A stretch of 59,062 nucleotides of DNA, the filler included. It is 7 parts of 7 records of this genome, joined end to end, with 100 filler letters (N's around TTAATTAATTAA, not from the genome) between each part and the next. Parts side by side here need not be neighbours in the genome. Positions count along the whole stretch, not along the records: positions 10,683 to 20,758 come from SRR31156797_37873; positions 20,859 to 32,356 come from SRR31156797_37893; 5 more parts are not named here. The stretch is one strand, 5' to 3'. A program made the position numbers and the translations under genes. The notes beneath the pieces are model-generated. The model did not search any database and had not been told where the DNA came from. It was given only the letters and a program-made list of their open reading frames with translations. Shown here one piece after another: positions 11,441 through 21,061 of this stretch (position 1 is the stretch's first letter; every line of letters begins with the position of its first letter).

Positions 11441-11474
11441 AAAGCGGTCGGGACAATCCCGACCGCTTTTTTTT
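11441..11474 (+). terminator. Intrinsic terminator after amtB
   Basis: AAAGCGGTCGGGA-CAA-TCCCGACCGCTTT followed by a T-run. Confidence 0.9.
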
Positions 11475-11591
11475 GTTTATAATTCTGACTTTTTACATTT
11501 TAGGTAATGAATTACCGAATTTATTCTTTAATTTTGATTTTCCTTAAAACAAAACCTCTGCAAACTTGTTTTTGATGGACAAACATTACGA

Positions 11592-11795
11592 ATGAAACGA
11601 ATAATAGACTTTTATATAGATGGATTTAAGAATTTACCAGGATGGGCCCGATCTATTTGGTTCATCATTCTGCTAAAACTCTTCATTATATTTTTTATAT
11701 TCAAATTATTCTTTTTTCAGAACAAGCTTAAAAAGGAATTTGCCACAGACAATGACAGGGCAAATCATGTCATAGAACAAATAACAACACCTTAA
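11592..11795 (+). CDS. DUF4492-like small membrane protein preceding cydA
   Basis: FYIDGFK...WFIILLKLFIIFFIFKLFFF pattern; position typical of Bacteroidota cyd operons. Confidence 0.82.
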   Translation: MKRIIDFYIDGFKNLPGWARSIWFIILLKLFIIFFIFKLFFFQNKLKKEFATDNDRANHVIEQITTP

Positions 11796-11808
11796 ACCGT
11801 TAATTAAA

Positions 11809-13407
11809 ATGTTAGAATCAGTAGACTTATCATTGGTTAATTGGTCGCGAGCTCAGTTTGCACTCACAGCCATGTACCATTGGATCTTTGTTCCATTAAC
11901 ACTTGGATTAGGCTTTATTATAGCCTTTATGGAGACCATTTATGTTAAAACCGGCAATCCGGAATGGAAAAGAATTACAAAATTCTGGATGAAGCTATTT
12001 GGAATCAACTTTGCCATCGGAGTAGCTACCGGAATTATTCTTGAATTTGAATTTGGAACAAACTGGAGCAATTACTCCTGGTTTGTGGGCGATATCTTTG
12101 GAGCCCCTCTTGCCATTGAAGGTATCATGGCGTTTTTTATGGAAAGTACCTTTATTGCTGTCATGTTCTTCGGCTGGGGAAAAGTCAGTAAAAAATTCCA
12201 TTTAACTTCTACATGGCTTACTGCAATTGGCGCAAACCTTTCTGCAGTATGGATTTTAGTAGCCAATGCCTGGATGCAAGACCCACAAGGCATGAAATTC
12301 AATCCTGATACCGCAAGAAACGAAATGGTTAACTTTTGGGATGTATTTTTATCTCAGAGTGCAGTAACTAAATTTTTACATACAACTACATCTGGCTTTG
12401 TTTTGGCAGCTGTTTTTGTGGTTGGAGTTAGTGCCTGGTTTTTATTAAAGAAAAGAGAAATTTTATTTGCCAAGCGAAGCATACTAGTCTCTGCAACATT
12501 TGGCGTATTGGCTTCTATTATGCTTATTGCTTCTGGCGATAGTTCAGCAAGAGAGATGGCAGAAAAGCAACCCATGAAATTTGCTGCCATGGAGGCCTTA
12601 TACGAAGGCAAAACCAATGCCCCATTAGTTGCGATTGGACTAATTGGCGATCCACAGGATGACCCAATGGATAGCACTGCAAAAGAAGATTTCAGAATTA
12701 AAATTGAAATCCCAAATATGCTTTCTTATATGGCATTTTTAAAAGCCGATGCATTTGTTCCTGGTATTAAGGATTTAATTTTAGGCAATGAGCAAAGGGG
12801 TGTTATGTCCTATAAAGAAAAAATTAAAAGAGGATATGAAGCACAACAGACTTTAGCTGCATATAAAAAGGCAAAAAAGGAAAACAGTCCGGAAACTGCA
12901 GTTTTAAGAGCTAAATTCGAAGATCAGAGTTGGATTGATAATTACTTTAAGTATTTCGGTTATGGAAGCTATTACGATCCCGATCCGGTACAACTTGAAA
13001 AGAATGCATTTAAAATGATTCCTCCGATATCATTAACTTTCTACGCATTCCATATCATGGTTATTTTAGGAGGTCACTTTTTACTATTATTCCTCGTAAT
13101 TTTATGGTTGTTGTTTAAGAACAAACTTACCGATAATAAGATTGTATTATGGACAGCTGTATGGACTATTCCGTTAGTTTACATTGCCTCACAAGCAGGT
13201 TGGATAGTTGCGGAAGTAGGTCGCCAGCCATGGGTCATCCAAAACCTGATGACAACCTCACAGGCTGTATCGCAAATTGACACAGGATCTGTAATGATAA
13301 CATTCTGGCTGTTTGCCTTTACTTTTACTGCACTCTTAATTGCTGAAGTAAAAATCCTAACTAAACAAATTAAAATCGGACCTAAAAAAGAAGGAGGGAA
13401 GCAATAA
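11809..13407 (+). CDS. cydA: Cytochrome bd ubiquinol oxidase subunit I
   Basis: RAQFALTAMYHWIFVP, EFEFGTNWS, QPMKFAAME, AEVGRQPW. Confidence 0.96.
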   Translation: MLESVDLSLVNWSRAQFALTAMYHWIFVPLTLGLGFIIAFMETIYVKTGNPEWKRITKFWMKLFGINFAIGVATGIILEFEFGTNWSNYSWFVGDIFGAPLAIEGIMAFFMESTFIAVMFFGWGKVSKKFHLTSTWLTAIGANLSAVWILVANAWMQDPQGMKFNPDTARNEMVNFWDVFLSQSAVTKFLHTTTSGFVLAAVFVVGVSAWFLLKKREILFAKRSILVSATFGVLASIMLIASGDSSAREMAEKQPMKFAAMEALYEGKTNAPLVAIGLIGDPQDDPMDSTAKEDFRIKIEIPNMLSYMAFLKADAFVPGIKDLILGNEQRGVMSYKEKIKRGYEAQQTLAAYKKAKKENSPETAVLRAKFEDQSWIDNYFKYFGYGSYYDPDPVQLEKNAFKMIPPISLTFYAFHIMVILGGHFLLLFLVILWLLFKNKLTDNKIVLWTAVWTIPLVYIASQAGWIVAEVGRQPWVIQNLMTTSQAVSQIDTGSVMITFWLFAFTFTALLIAEVKILTKQIKIGPKKEGGKQ

Positions 13408-14540
13408 TGTTCGAAAATTTATCGCATTTAGCACTACAACAATATTGGTGGTTTCTGGTATCATTACTAGGCGCCATCCTTGTATTTTTGATGTTTGTTC
13501 AGGGAGGACAAACATTAATTTCCGTATTAGGAAAGTCTAAAGATGAAAAAACCATTTTAGTTAACGCTCTTGGACGAAAATGGGAATTTACCTTTACTAC
13601 GCTAGTTACTTTTGGAGGAGCATTTTTCGCTTCATTTCCACTTTTTTATAGTACGAGTTTTGGAGGAGCTTATTGGGTTTGGATGATTATATTGTTTGCA
13701 TTTATTATTCAAGCGATAGCTTATGAGTTCAGAAACAGACCAAGTAACGTGTATGGCCCTAAAACCTACGAAACATTTCTATTTATTAATGGGTTAATTG
13801 GAACCATTTTTATAGGTACTGCGGTAGCTACATTTTTTACTGGTTCTAATTTTTCAGTTAACGATTACAACCAATCAAGTTGGGATACGCCATTTCATGG
13901 ATTAGAAGCAGCATTAAATATGCATAACCTATCACTGGGGCTTACTGTTTTCTTTTTAGCCAGAGTATTGGCAATCCTATATTTTATGAATGCAGTAGAC
14001 AGCAAACCGATTCTTGAAAGAGCAAAGAAGCAATTATTGATTAATGGAGTACCGTTTGTTGTTCTGTTTTTAGTATTTACAATCTGGCTTTTAGTAAGAG
14101 ATGGATTTGCAGTTAACCCGGATACAAAAGAAGTATTCATGCAACCATATAAGTATTTTAACAATCTTATTGAGATGCCTTTAATTGCAGTTGGTTTCTT
14201 AGCCGGAGTGCTACTGGTATTGTATGGAATTATTACCAGCATTTTAAAACCAAGCTCAAAAGGTATTTGGTATACAGGTCCGGGAACAATTATTACTGTA
14301 TTGATGCTGCTTTTAATTGCCGGATATAACAATACCGCTTTTTATCCTTCTGTAAGTAATCTACAGAGCTCATTAACTATAGAAAATGCGAGCTCAAGTA
14401 AATTTACATTAACAGCGATGAGTTACGTTTCTTTGATGATACCATTTGTTTTAGCTTACATTTGGTATGCCTGGAAAGCGATTAACAATCGAAAAATTGA
14501 CCAGGAGGAGATCGAGTCTGATGACATCCATATCTACTAG
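13407..14540 (+). CDS. cydB: Cytochrome bd ubiquinol oxidase subunit II
   Basis: Polytopic; GRKWEFTFTTLVTFGGAFFASFP, LTIENASSS; 1-nt overlap with cydA. Confidence 0.95.
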   Translation: MFENLSHLALQQYWWFLVSLLGAILVFLMFVQGGQTLISVLGKSKDEKTILVNALGRKWEFTFTTLVTFGGAFFASFPLFYSTSFGGAYWVWMIILFAFIIQAIAYEFRNRPSNVYGPKTYETFLFINGLIGTIFIGTAVATFFTGSNFSVNDYNQSSWDTPFHGLEAALNMHNLSLGLTVFFLARVLAILYFMNAVDSKPILERAKKQLLINGVPFVVLFLVFTIWLLVRDGFAVNPDTKEVFMQPYKYFNNLIEMPLIAVGFLAGVLLVLYGIITSILKPSSKGIWYTGPGTIITVLMLLLIAGYNNTAFYPSVSNLQSSLTIENASSSKFTLTAMSYVSLMIPFVLAYIWYAWKAINNRKIDQEEIESDDIHIY

Positions 14541-14599
14541 TCAGGCTAAATTTAAAACTGAGATATTAAAACAGAAGTTTAAAAGTAAAAAATACAGAT

Positions 14600-14743
14600 A
14601 TGAAGTATTTACACGAGTTAATATGGTATTTAAGTTGGCCTCTACTAATTGTTGTTAGTTACCAATCAGTAAAATGGATGCTTAAAAAATTTGAAAAAGC
14701 GAATGAAGCTCATCAAGAGCCTGCAGATAATTTTGATATTTAA
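14600..14743 (+). CDS. 47-aa single-TM small protein, candidate cytochrome bd accessory subunit
   Basis: Manual translation MKYLHELIWYLSWPLLIVVSYQSVKWMLKKFEKANEAHQEPADNFDI*; lies between cydB and the operon terminator. Confidence 0.72.
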   Translation: MKYLHELIWYLSWPLLIVVSYQSVKWMLKKFEKANEAHQEPADNFDI

Positions 14744-14774
14744 TTAATTAGAATAATTAAGTTTAACTACACGT

Positions 14775-14804
14775 AGCCCTGGGAATTTTCTCAGGGCTTT
14801 TTTT
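14775..14804 (+). terminator. Intrinsic terminator of the cyd operon
   Basis: AGCCCTG...CAGGGCT + T-run. Confidence 0.85.
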
Positions 14805-14805
14805 A

Positions 14806-15573
14806 TTATTTTTTTTCTGAAGCTGGCTTAACAAAGATCAGTTTAACTAATGAGAATAAAACATACAAGGCAATAGTCAGCGCAATACCTCCAACTCCTT
14901 GGCAAATTAAAAACAATATACTCCCTCCTATTAAAACATATTTATCCAGATTCTCACCAAACTTAAAATTCTTAAACTTTAAAGAAAACATAGGAATTTC
15001 AGAAATGAGTAAAAATGAAAATACAGGAATAAACGCCATCAATAACCAAATGTTTTGTAATAAATCCAACATCCAACCTTCATTTCCTACAAATACAAAA
15101 GCTAAAGAAGCCAGAAAAAGCCCTGTGGCAGTTGTGGTTAAACCTATAAAACTTTCTGATTGACGCGTATCTACATTAAACTTTGCTAATCTTAAACCAG
15201 AAAAAACGGTAATCACAAAAGGCGACAACATAAAAATTTGATGCGTTAGTTCTCCTGATAAAAAATCAGCATTTAAACTACCCAACAAAACTTTTTTAAT
15301 CATCATATGCAACATTACCATCGGTGCAAATCCAAAGCTAACCATATCTGCTAAGGAATCCAGCTCCTTTCCCATTGGTGAATATGCTTTTAAAGCACGT
15401 GCTGCAAATCCATCCGAAAAATCAAAAAGTGCCCCTATAAAAAGCAAGATTGCAGCAACACTCAAAAGTCCATGAAAGGCATAAAAAGCACTGAGCGCAC
15501 CGCATAGTAAATTTAAGCTTGTTAAAAAATTAGGAATATGTTGTTTTATCTTCATCATCTTTTGTTTTACCAT
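14806..15573 (-). CDS. pssA: CDP-diacylglycerol--serine O-phosphatidyltransferase
   Basis: IPNFLTSLN, DFSDGFAAR, GKELDSLADMVSFG, RLAKFN. Confidence 0.85.
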   Translation of the reverse strand: MVKQKMMKIKQHIPNFLTSLNLLCGALSAFYAFHGLLSVAAILLFIGALFDFSDGFAARALKAYSPMGKELDSLADMVSFGFAPMVMLHMMIKKVLLGSLNADFLSGELTHQIFMLSPFVITVFSGLRLAKFNVDTRQSESFIGLTTTATGLFLASLAFVFVGNEGWMLDLLQNIWLLMAFIPVFSFLLISEIPMFSLKFKNFKFGENLDKYVLIGGSILFLICQGVGGIALTIALYVLFSLVKLIFVKPASEKK

Positions 15574-15703
15574 CTATAGAAAAATCTTTACGAAAATAGG
15601 AAAAACTACCTCCTTCACATAGCATCTAATTATATTTCCATAGTCAATGAATGAAAGCACTGATACAAATTGGTATTAATTAACATTAATTCAACAAAAG
15701 AAA

Positions 15704-15734
15704 TTTGCATCTTAAAAAATATCATCTACTTTTG
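15704..15734 (+). promoter_or_regulatory. Bacteroidota housekeeping promoter for the his operon
   Basis: -33 TTTG (15704-07), 19-nt spacer, -7 TACTTTTG matching TAnnTTTG (15727-34). Confidence 0.8.
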
Positions 15735-15744
15735 TAGCAGCAAA

Positions 15745-15804
15745 ATGACAAAAACAATGACAAATTTCACACATCATCACGGACATCATTTTAATCTACC
15801 ATAG
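15745..15804 (+). CDS. hisL: his operon leader peptide
   Basis: MTKTMTNFTHHHGHHFNLP*, 5 His codons, followed by attenuator hairpin. Confidence 0.88.
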   Translation: MTKTMTNFTHHHGHHFNLP

Positions 15805-15834
15805 GTGGGCCGAGATTGTTGTGCAAAATAATAT

Positions 15835-15872
15835 AGAGAGGGCTTACCATTATTGTAAGCCCTCTTTTTTTG
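15835..15872 (+). terminator. his attenuator terminator
   Basis: AGAGGGCTTAC-cattatt-GTAAGCCCTCT + T-run, upstream of hisG. Confidence 0.88.
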
Positions 15873-15924
15873 TTTTTATAATTAAGAATTAAAATAACTT
15901 AAATCATAACAAAGAATTCGCAAA

Positions 15925-16782
15925 ATGGAGAAATTAAGAATTGCTTTACAGAAAAAAGGAAGATTACACGATGATTCAATGGCTTTATTAAAAGAAGCCG
16001 GTATTAGATTCAATGTAGGAAGCGGCAAATTAGTTGCACAATCTCCAAGCTTTCCTATTGAAGTTTTATTTTTACGTGATGATGACATTCCACAAACTAT
16101 CGCTGACAAAGTAGCTGACATAGGTATTGTTGGTGAGAATGAAGTGGAAGAAAAAGACTTTAAATTAACTATTGCTAAAAGATTAGGATTTAGCAAATGT
16201 AGAATTTCTCTAGCCATTCCAAAGGCGGATGAATACCCTGGACTAGATTATTTTAAAGGCAAAAAAGTAGCTACGTCCTACCCTGTTATCTTACAAAAGT
16301 ATTTTAACGAAAAAAATATTGATGCTGAGATTCACGAAATAGCTGGTTCTGTAGAAATTGCTCCGGGTATTGGTTTAGCTGACGGTATCTTTGATATTGT
16401 AAGTTCCGGTAGTACTTTGGTTGCAAACCGTTTGAAAGAAGTTGAGGTTGTAATGCAGTCAGAAGCACTTATGGTGCAAGCTGAAGGACTTTCTGCTGAG
16501 AAAAAAGCATTACTTGAGGAGTTACTCTTCCGCATTAATTCAGTAATGGCGGCTAACTCAAACAAGTACATCTTACTGAACGCCCCTAACGATAAGGTTC
16601 AGGAGATTGTTAAAATATTACCAGGAATGAAGAGTCCTACCGTACTTCCGTTAGCTGAAGAAGGATGGAGTTCAATCCACTCAGTAATTTCAGAAAAACA
16701 ATTCTGGGAAATCATCGGCAAATTAAAAGAAAACGGAGCACAAGGTATTATCACCTTCCCTATTGAAAAGATGATTCTTTAA
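15925..16782 (+). CDS. hisG: ATP phosphoribosyltransferase (long form)
   Basis: RIALQKKGRL, RDDDIP, GSVEIAP, DIVSSGSTL, PGMKSPTV. Confidence 0.97.
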   Translation: MEKLRIALQKKGRLHDDSMALLKEAGIRFNVGSGKLVAQSPSFPIEVLFLRDDDIPQTIADKVADIGIVGENEVEEKDFKLTIAKRLGFSKCRISLAIPKADEYPGLDYFKGKKVATSYPVILQKYFNEKNIDAEIHEIAGSVEIAPGIGLADGIFDIVSSGSTLVANRLKEVEVVMQSEALMVQAEGLSAEKKALLEELLFRINSVMAANSNKYILLNAPNDKVQEIVKILPGMKSPTVLPLAEEGWSSIHSVISEKQFWEIIGKLKENGAQGIITFPIEKMIL

Positions 16783-16906
16783 TTTTACAAACATTGAATT
16801 GATTGATTAGAGTTATTCTATAAAGCAAATATCTTAAAGCATAGTTTACCAATGAAGGTAAACTATGCTCTTCCATAATTCTTGCAAAAGTTAGCTCTTA
16901 CTAATA

Positions 16907-18199
16907 ATGACACACATGCAGGTATTTGAATATCCACCACTGAATGAGTGGGCAAAACTTTTAGAACGCCCCGAAAATGATCTGAGCAATCTTTACAATA
17001 CAGTTCAGGGAATTTTAGATGACATCAAAACAAACGGAGATAAAGCGGCCAAAGCTTATTCTGAAAAGTTTGACGGCCATGCTCCTGAAAAGCTGTTGGT
17101 AAGCCAAGCGGAATTGGACGAAGGGTGTTTACAAGTTTCATCGAAGTTAAAAGATGCTATTTATTTAGCTAAACTAAACATCGAAAAATTTCATGAAGCG
17201 CAACTTACAACAGAAAGAGTTGTAGAAACAATGCCTGGTATAGTCTGTCGACAAAAAAGTGTACCCATCGAAAAGGTTGGATTATATATACCTGGAGGCA
17301 CAGCTCCTTTGTTTTCAACTGTTTTAATGTTGGCCGTTCCTGCTCAAATAGCCGGATGTAAAGAAATAATACTTTGTACTCCTCCAGATAAAGATGGAAA
17401 GATAAATCCTGCCATACTTTATACCGCTTCCTTAATCGGCGTAAAAAATATATATAAACTAGGAGGTGTTCAAGCAATTGGTTCTATGGCTTACGGAACC
17501 GAAACTATTACCAAAGTTGATAAAATATTTGGTCCGGGTAATAGTTATGTAACCGCAGCTAAACAATTGGTTAGTTTGAAAGATGTTGCTATAGATATGC
17601 CTGCCGGACCATCAGAAGTTGAGGTATTGGCTGATGAAACCGCAAACCCGGCATTTATCGCTTCAGATTTATTAAGTCAGGCTGAACATGGAGTAGATAG
17701 CCAGGTTATTCTTATTACAGATTCTGTAGATTTAATACCTAAAGTACAGGAAGAGTTAAAGGTACAATTGGATGCCTTACCGAGAAAGGAAATTGCAGAA
17801 AAAGCCTTGGAAAACAGTCGTATCATCCTGCTTAAAGACAAACAGGAAATGATTGATATGACCAACTCATATGCTCCTGAACACCTAATTATTGCAATGC
17901 GCGACGAAGATGAAGTAGCCAATAAAATAACCAATGCTGGTTCAGTTTTTATTGGAAACTACACTCCTGAAAGTGCAGGTGATTATGCTTCGGGAACCAA
18001 CCACACTTTACCAACTCATGGTTATGCCAGAGCTTATAGCGGTGTAAATCTGGATAGTTATATGAAAAAGATAACTTTTCAGAAAATTACACCAGAAGGA
18101 CTTTTAAATATTGGTCCCGCTATTGAAGAAATGGCTGGAACAGAACAGTTGGAAGCCCACAAGAATGCAGTAACCATTCGATTAAAGTCATTAAAATAG
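16907..18199 (+). CDS. hisD: Histidinol dehydrogenase
   Basis: GLYIPGG, GPGNSYV, DMPAGPSE, SQAEHG, GDYASGTNHTLPT. Confidence 0.97.
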   Translation: MTHMQVFEYPPLNEWAKLLERPENDLSNLYNTVQGILDDIKTNGDKAAKAYSEKFDGHAPEKLLVSQAELDEGCLQVSSKLKDAIYLAKLNIEKFHEAQLTTERVVETMPGIVCRQKSVPIEKVGLYIPGGTAPLFSTVLMLAVPAQIAGCKEIILCTPPDKDGKINPAILYTASLIGVKNIYKLGGVQAIGSMAYGTETITKVDKIFGPGNSYVTAAKQLVSLKDVAIDMPAGPSEVEVLADETANPAFIASDLLSQAEHGVDSQVILITDSVDLIPKVQEELKVQLDALPRKEIAEKALENSRIILLKDKQEMIDMTNSYAPEHLIIAMRDEDEVANKITNAGSVFIGNYTPESAGDYASGTNHTLPTHGYARAYSGVNLDSYMKKITFQKITPEGLLNIGPAIEEMAGTEQLEAHKNAVTIRLKSLK

Positions 18200-18270
18200 T
18201 TTATTTACTGGCAGGACATGAGTAATGAGAAAATCCAATCTCCCATATCTTGCATTTTGATACTAAAAAA

Positions 18271-19308
18271 ATGAAGTCATTAGATCAATTAATTCGTCCT
18301 AATATAAAATCCCTTAAACCCTATTCTTCTGCCAGAGATGAATATTCCGGTGAAGAAGCCATTTTTTTGGATGCCAATGAAAATCCATTCAACGCTCCAT
18401 ACAACAGGTATCCGGATCCTTATCAGCGAAAGCTTAAAAAGAAAATCGCACAAATAAAAGGCATTGAGGACAACAACATTTTCCTTGGTAATGGAAGCGA
18501 CGAGGCCATCGATTTAGCTTTTAGAGCATTTTGCGAACCTGGTGTTGATAATATAGTTTCTATCGATCCGACTTACGGAATGTATCAGGTTGCAGCCGAC
18601 ATCAATAACATTGCTACAAAAAAGGTAAAACTCACTTCTGATTTCGAACTAAACGTTGATGGTTTATTAGACGCGTGTGATGATCACACCAAACTACTGT
18701 TTATATGCTCTCCCAACAACCCAACAGGCAATAGTTTTAAAGAGAGTGATATCATTAATATAATTGAGCGTTTTGAAGGCATTGTCATCCTTGATGAAGC
18801 TTACATTGATTTTGTTCCTGAAAAAAGCTTTCTAAAATATCTTGATAAATATGCCAACCTTATCATTTTACAAACTTTTAGCAAAGCCTGGGGAATGGCA
18901 GGTATTAGACTAGGAATGGCATTTGCATCACCAGAGATCATCTCTATTTTTAGCCATATTAAATATCCATACAACATCAATATCCTAACACAGCAAAAGG
19001 CATTGGAGTTACTAGAGTCTGAGGGTGATAAAAACGAATGGGTGAATACCTTATTAGAGCAAAAAGAAATCATGCTTCAAAAACTTCCAAACTATTCCTT
19101 CGTTCAAAAGATTTATCCGTCAGATGCGAATTACCTGTTAGTCAAGACAACTGAACCTAAAGCGATTTACAACTTTTTAGTAAATGAAGGTGTTATTATC
19201 AGAGATCGTTCAACAGTGGCTTTATGTGAAGGTTGCTTAAGAATTACCATTGGAAGTAAAGAAGAAAACATAGCGCTTTACAACGGATTGGATAAATACC
19301 TTAATTAA
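18271..19308 (+). CDS. hisC: Histidinol-phosphate aminotransferase
   Basis: LDANENP, NRYPDP, GNGSDE, CSPNNPTG, DEAY, TFSKAWGMAGIRLG. Confidence 0.96.
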   Translation: MKSLDQLIRPNIKSLKPYSSARDEYSGEEAIFLDANENPFNAPYNRYPDPYQRKLKKKIAQIKGIEDNNIFLGNGSDEAIDLAFRAFCEPGVDNIVSIDPTYGMYQVAADINNIATKKVKLTSDFELNVDGLLDACDDHTKLLFICSPNNPTGNSFKESDIINIIERFEGIVILDEAYIDFVPEKSFLKYLDKYANLIILQTFSKAWGMAGIRLGMAFASPEIISIFSHIKYPYNINILTQQKALELLESEGDKNEWVNTLLEQKEIMLQKLPNYSFVQKIYPSDANYLLVKTTEPKAIYNFLVNEGVIIRDRSTVALCEGCLRITIGSKEENIALYNGLDKYLN

Positions 19309-19310
19309 TC

Positions 19311-19847
19311 ATGATGGATGAAAGTGGACAGATCCGGCTTGAAGAATTTACTTGCAATGATTTTCAACGACTGATCAATTGGATAGACTCAGAACGATTC
19401 ATGTTTCAGTTTGCCGGACCTGCATTTACCTTTCCAATTACAACGGAGCAATTAGCAAAACACATTGAATCTGATAGCAGAAAAGTTTTTAAAGTTGTTG
19501 AAACGAAAGAAGATAACATTATTGGCCACTGCGAACTAAATAACATCGACAAACAAAATAAAAGCGCCCGAATTTCAAGACTTTTAATTGGTGATCCTAA
19601 ATCAAGAAATAAAGGTTTTGGTAAGAAAATGATTCAGACACTATTAAAATACGCCTTTGAGGAACTCCATTTACACCGAATTGATTTGGGTGTATTCGAT
19701 TTTAACAAAGGAGCTATTAGGTGTTATGAACAATGCGGTTTTAAAACCGAAGGCCTTTTAAGGGACTCATTTGTCATCGAAAATCAATTCCATTCCGTGT
19801 ATAACATGAGTATATTAAAACCGGAATGGATTAAGCTTAAAAACTAA
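19311..19847 (+). CDS. GNAT (RimJ/RimL-type) N-acetyltransferase
   Basis: RNKGFGK acetyl-CoA motif; [24 protein letters not shown]. Confidence 0.88.
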   Translation: MMDESGQIRLEEFTCNDFQRLINWIDSERFMFQFAGPAFTFPITTEQLAKHIESDSRKVFKVVETKEDNIIGHCELNNIDKQNKSARISRLLIGDPKSRNKGFGKKMIQTLLKYAFEELHLHRIDLGVFDFNKGAIRCYEQCGFKTEGLLRDSFVIENQFHSVYNMSILKPEWIKLKN

Positions 19848-19861
19848 ATATTTACAATAAT

Positions 19862-20758
19862 ATGCAACGTGTACTTTTTATAGATAGAGACGGCACCATT
19901 ATCAAAGAACCTCCTGTTGATTTTCAGGTGGACAGTCTGGAAAAGTTGGAATTTTATCCTAAAGCAATTTCTAACCTACAAAAGATTGCTGATAAATTAG
20001 ACTTTGAACTGGCTATGGTTACAAATCAAGATGGATTAGGAACTGATTCATTTCCGGAAGATACCTTTTGGCCTGCTCAAAATAAAATGTTGCAAACACT
20101 GGAAGGAGAAGGTGTTAAATTTGATGAAATATTTATCGACCCTTCTCTTCCTGAGGAAAATTCTCCCGGCAGAAAACCAGGAACAGCTATGTTGACGCAA
20201 TACTTTAATGAAAAGTATGACCTCCCTAATTCTTTTGTAATTGGAGATAGAATTACTGACGTTCAACTAGCTAAAAATATGGGTTGCCAGGCTATTTTTA
20301 TGGCAAATATTGATGAAGTTAAAGAAGAGCTCGAAAAACAAGACCTTACGGATATCTGCAGTTTAATAAGTACTGATTGGGATCATATTTGCGCATTCCT
20401 ATTTTCAAAAGAAAGAACTGCAGAGGTAAAAAGAACCACTTCAGAAACTGATATTCATATCAAACTAAACCTTGATGGAACCGGGAAATGTGATATTGCC
20501 ACAGGCCTTCATTTTTTCGATCATATGCTAGAGCAAATCGGGAAACATTCCGGTTGTGATCTGAGCATTAAAGTAAATGGTGATTTACATGTAGATGAGC
20601 ACCATACCATCGAAGACACTGCTTTGGCACTAGGTCAGGCCTTTAAAGATGCCCTTGGCGATAAAAGAGGGATTGAGCGTTACGGGTTTTGCCTACCAAT
20701 GGATGATTGCATGGCCTTAGTAGCATTGGATTTTGGAGGAAGACCCTGGTTGGTTTGG
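19862..20758 (+). CDS. hisB: Bifunctional histidinol-phosphatase/imidazoleglycerol-phosphate dehydratase, 3'-truncated
   Basis: FIDRDGT HAD domain + [16 protein letters not shown]. Confidence 0.96.
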
Positions 20759-20858
20759 NNNNNNNNNNNNNNNNNNNNNNNNNNNNNNNNNNNNNNNNNN
20801 NNTTAATTAATTAANNNNNNNNNNNNNNNNNNNNNNNNNNNNNNNNNNNNNNNNNNNN
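20759..20858. other. Artificial contig spacer
   Basis: N + TTAATTAATTAA + N. Confidence 0.98.
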
Positions 20859-21060
20859 AATTAATTTAATATCTTTTTCTTTAAAATACATAATAATTTT
20901 CTTATAACTGTGAATTTCGTGAATATCTCCCCAATTATCTTAATTATAAGGGAATTAGAGCTGTTATCTAAAGTGGATAAGTATGTGTAAAGAGTGGATA
21001 ACTAACACCGATCAAGGCATATTTGGATAAAGCCTTCAGTATTATCAAAGTTATTCAGAA
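20859..21060. promoter_or_regulatory. DnaA-box cluster next to an AT-rich tract (candidate part of oriC)
   Basis: AGTGGATAA (20972, 20993) and TTTGGATAA (21022), each 1 mismatch to TGTGGATAA; TTATTCAGA (21051); AT-rich 20859-20950. Confidence 0.55.
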
Positions 21061-21061
21061 T

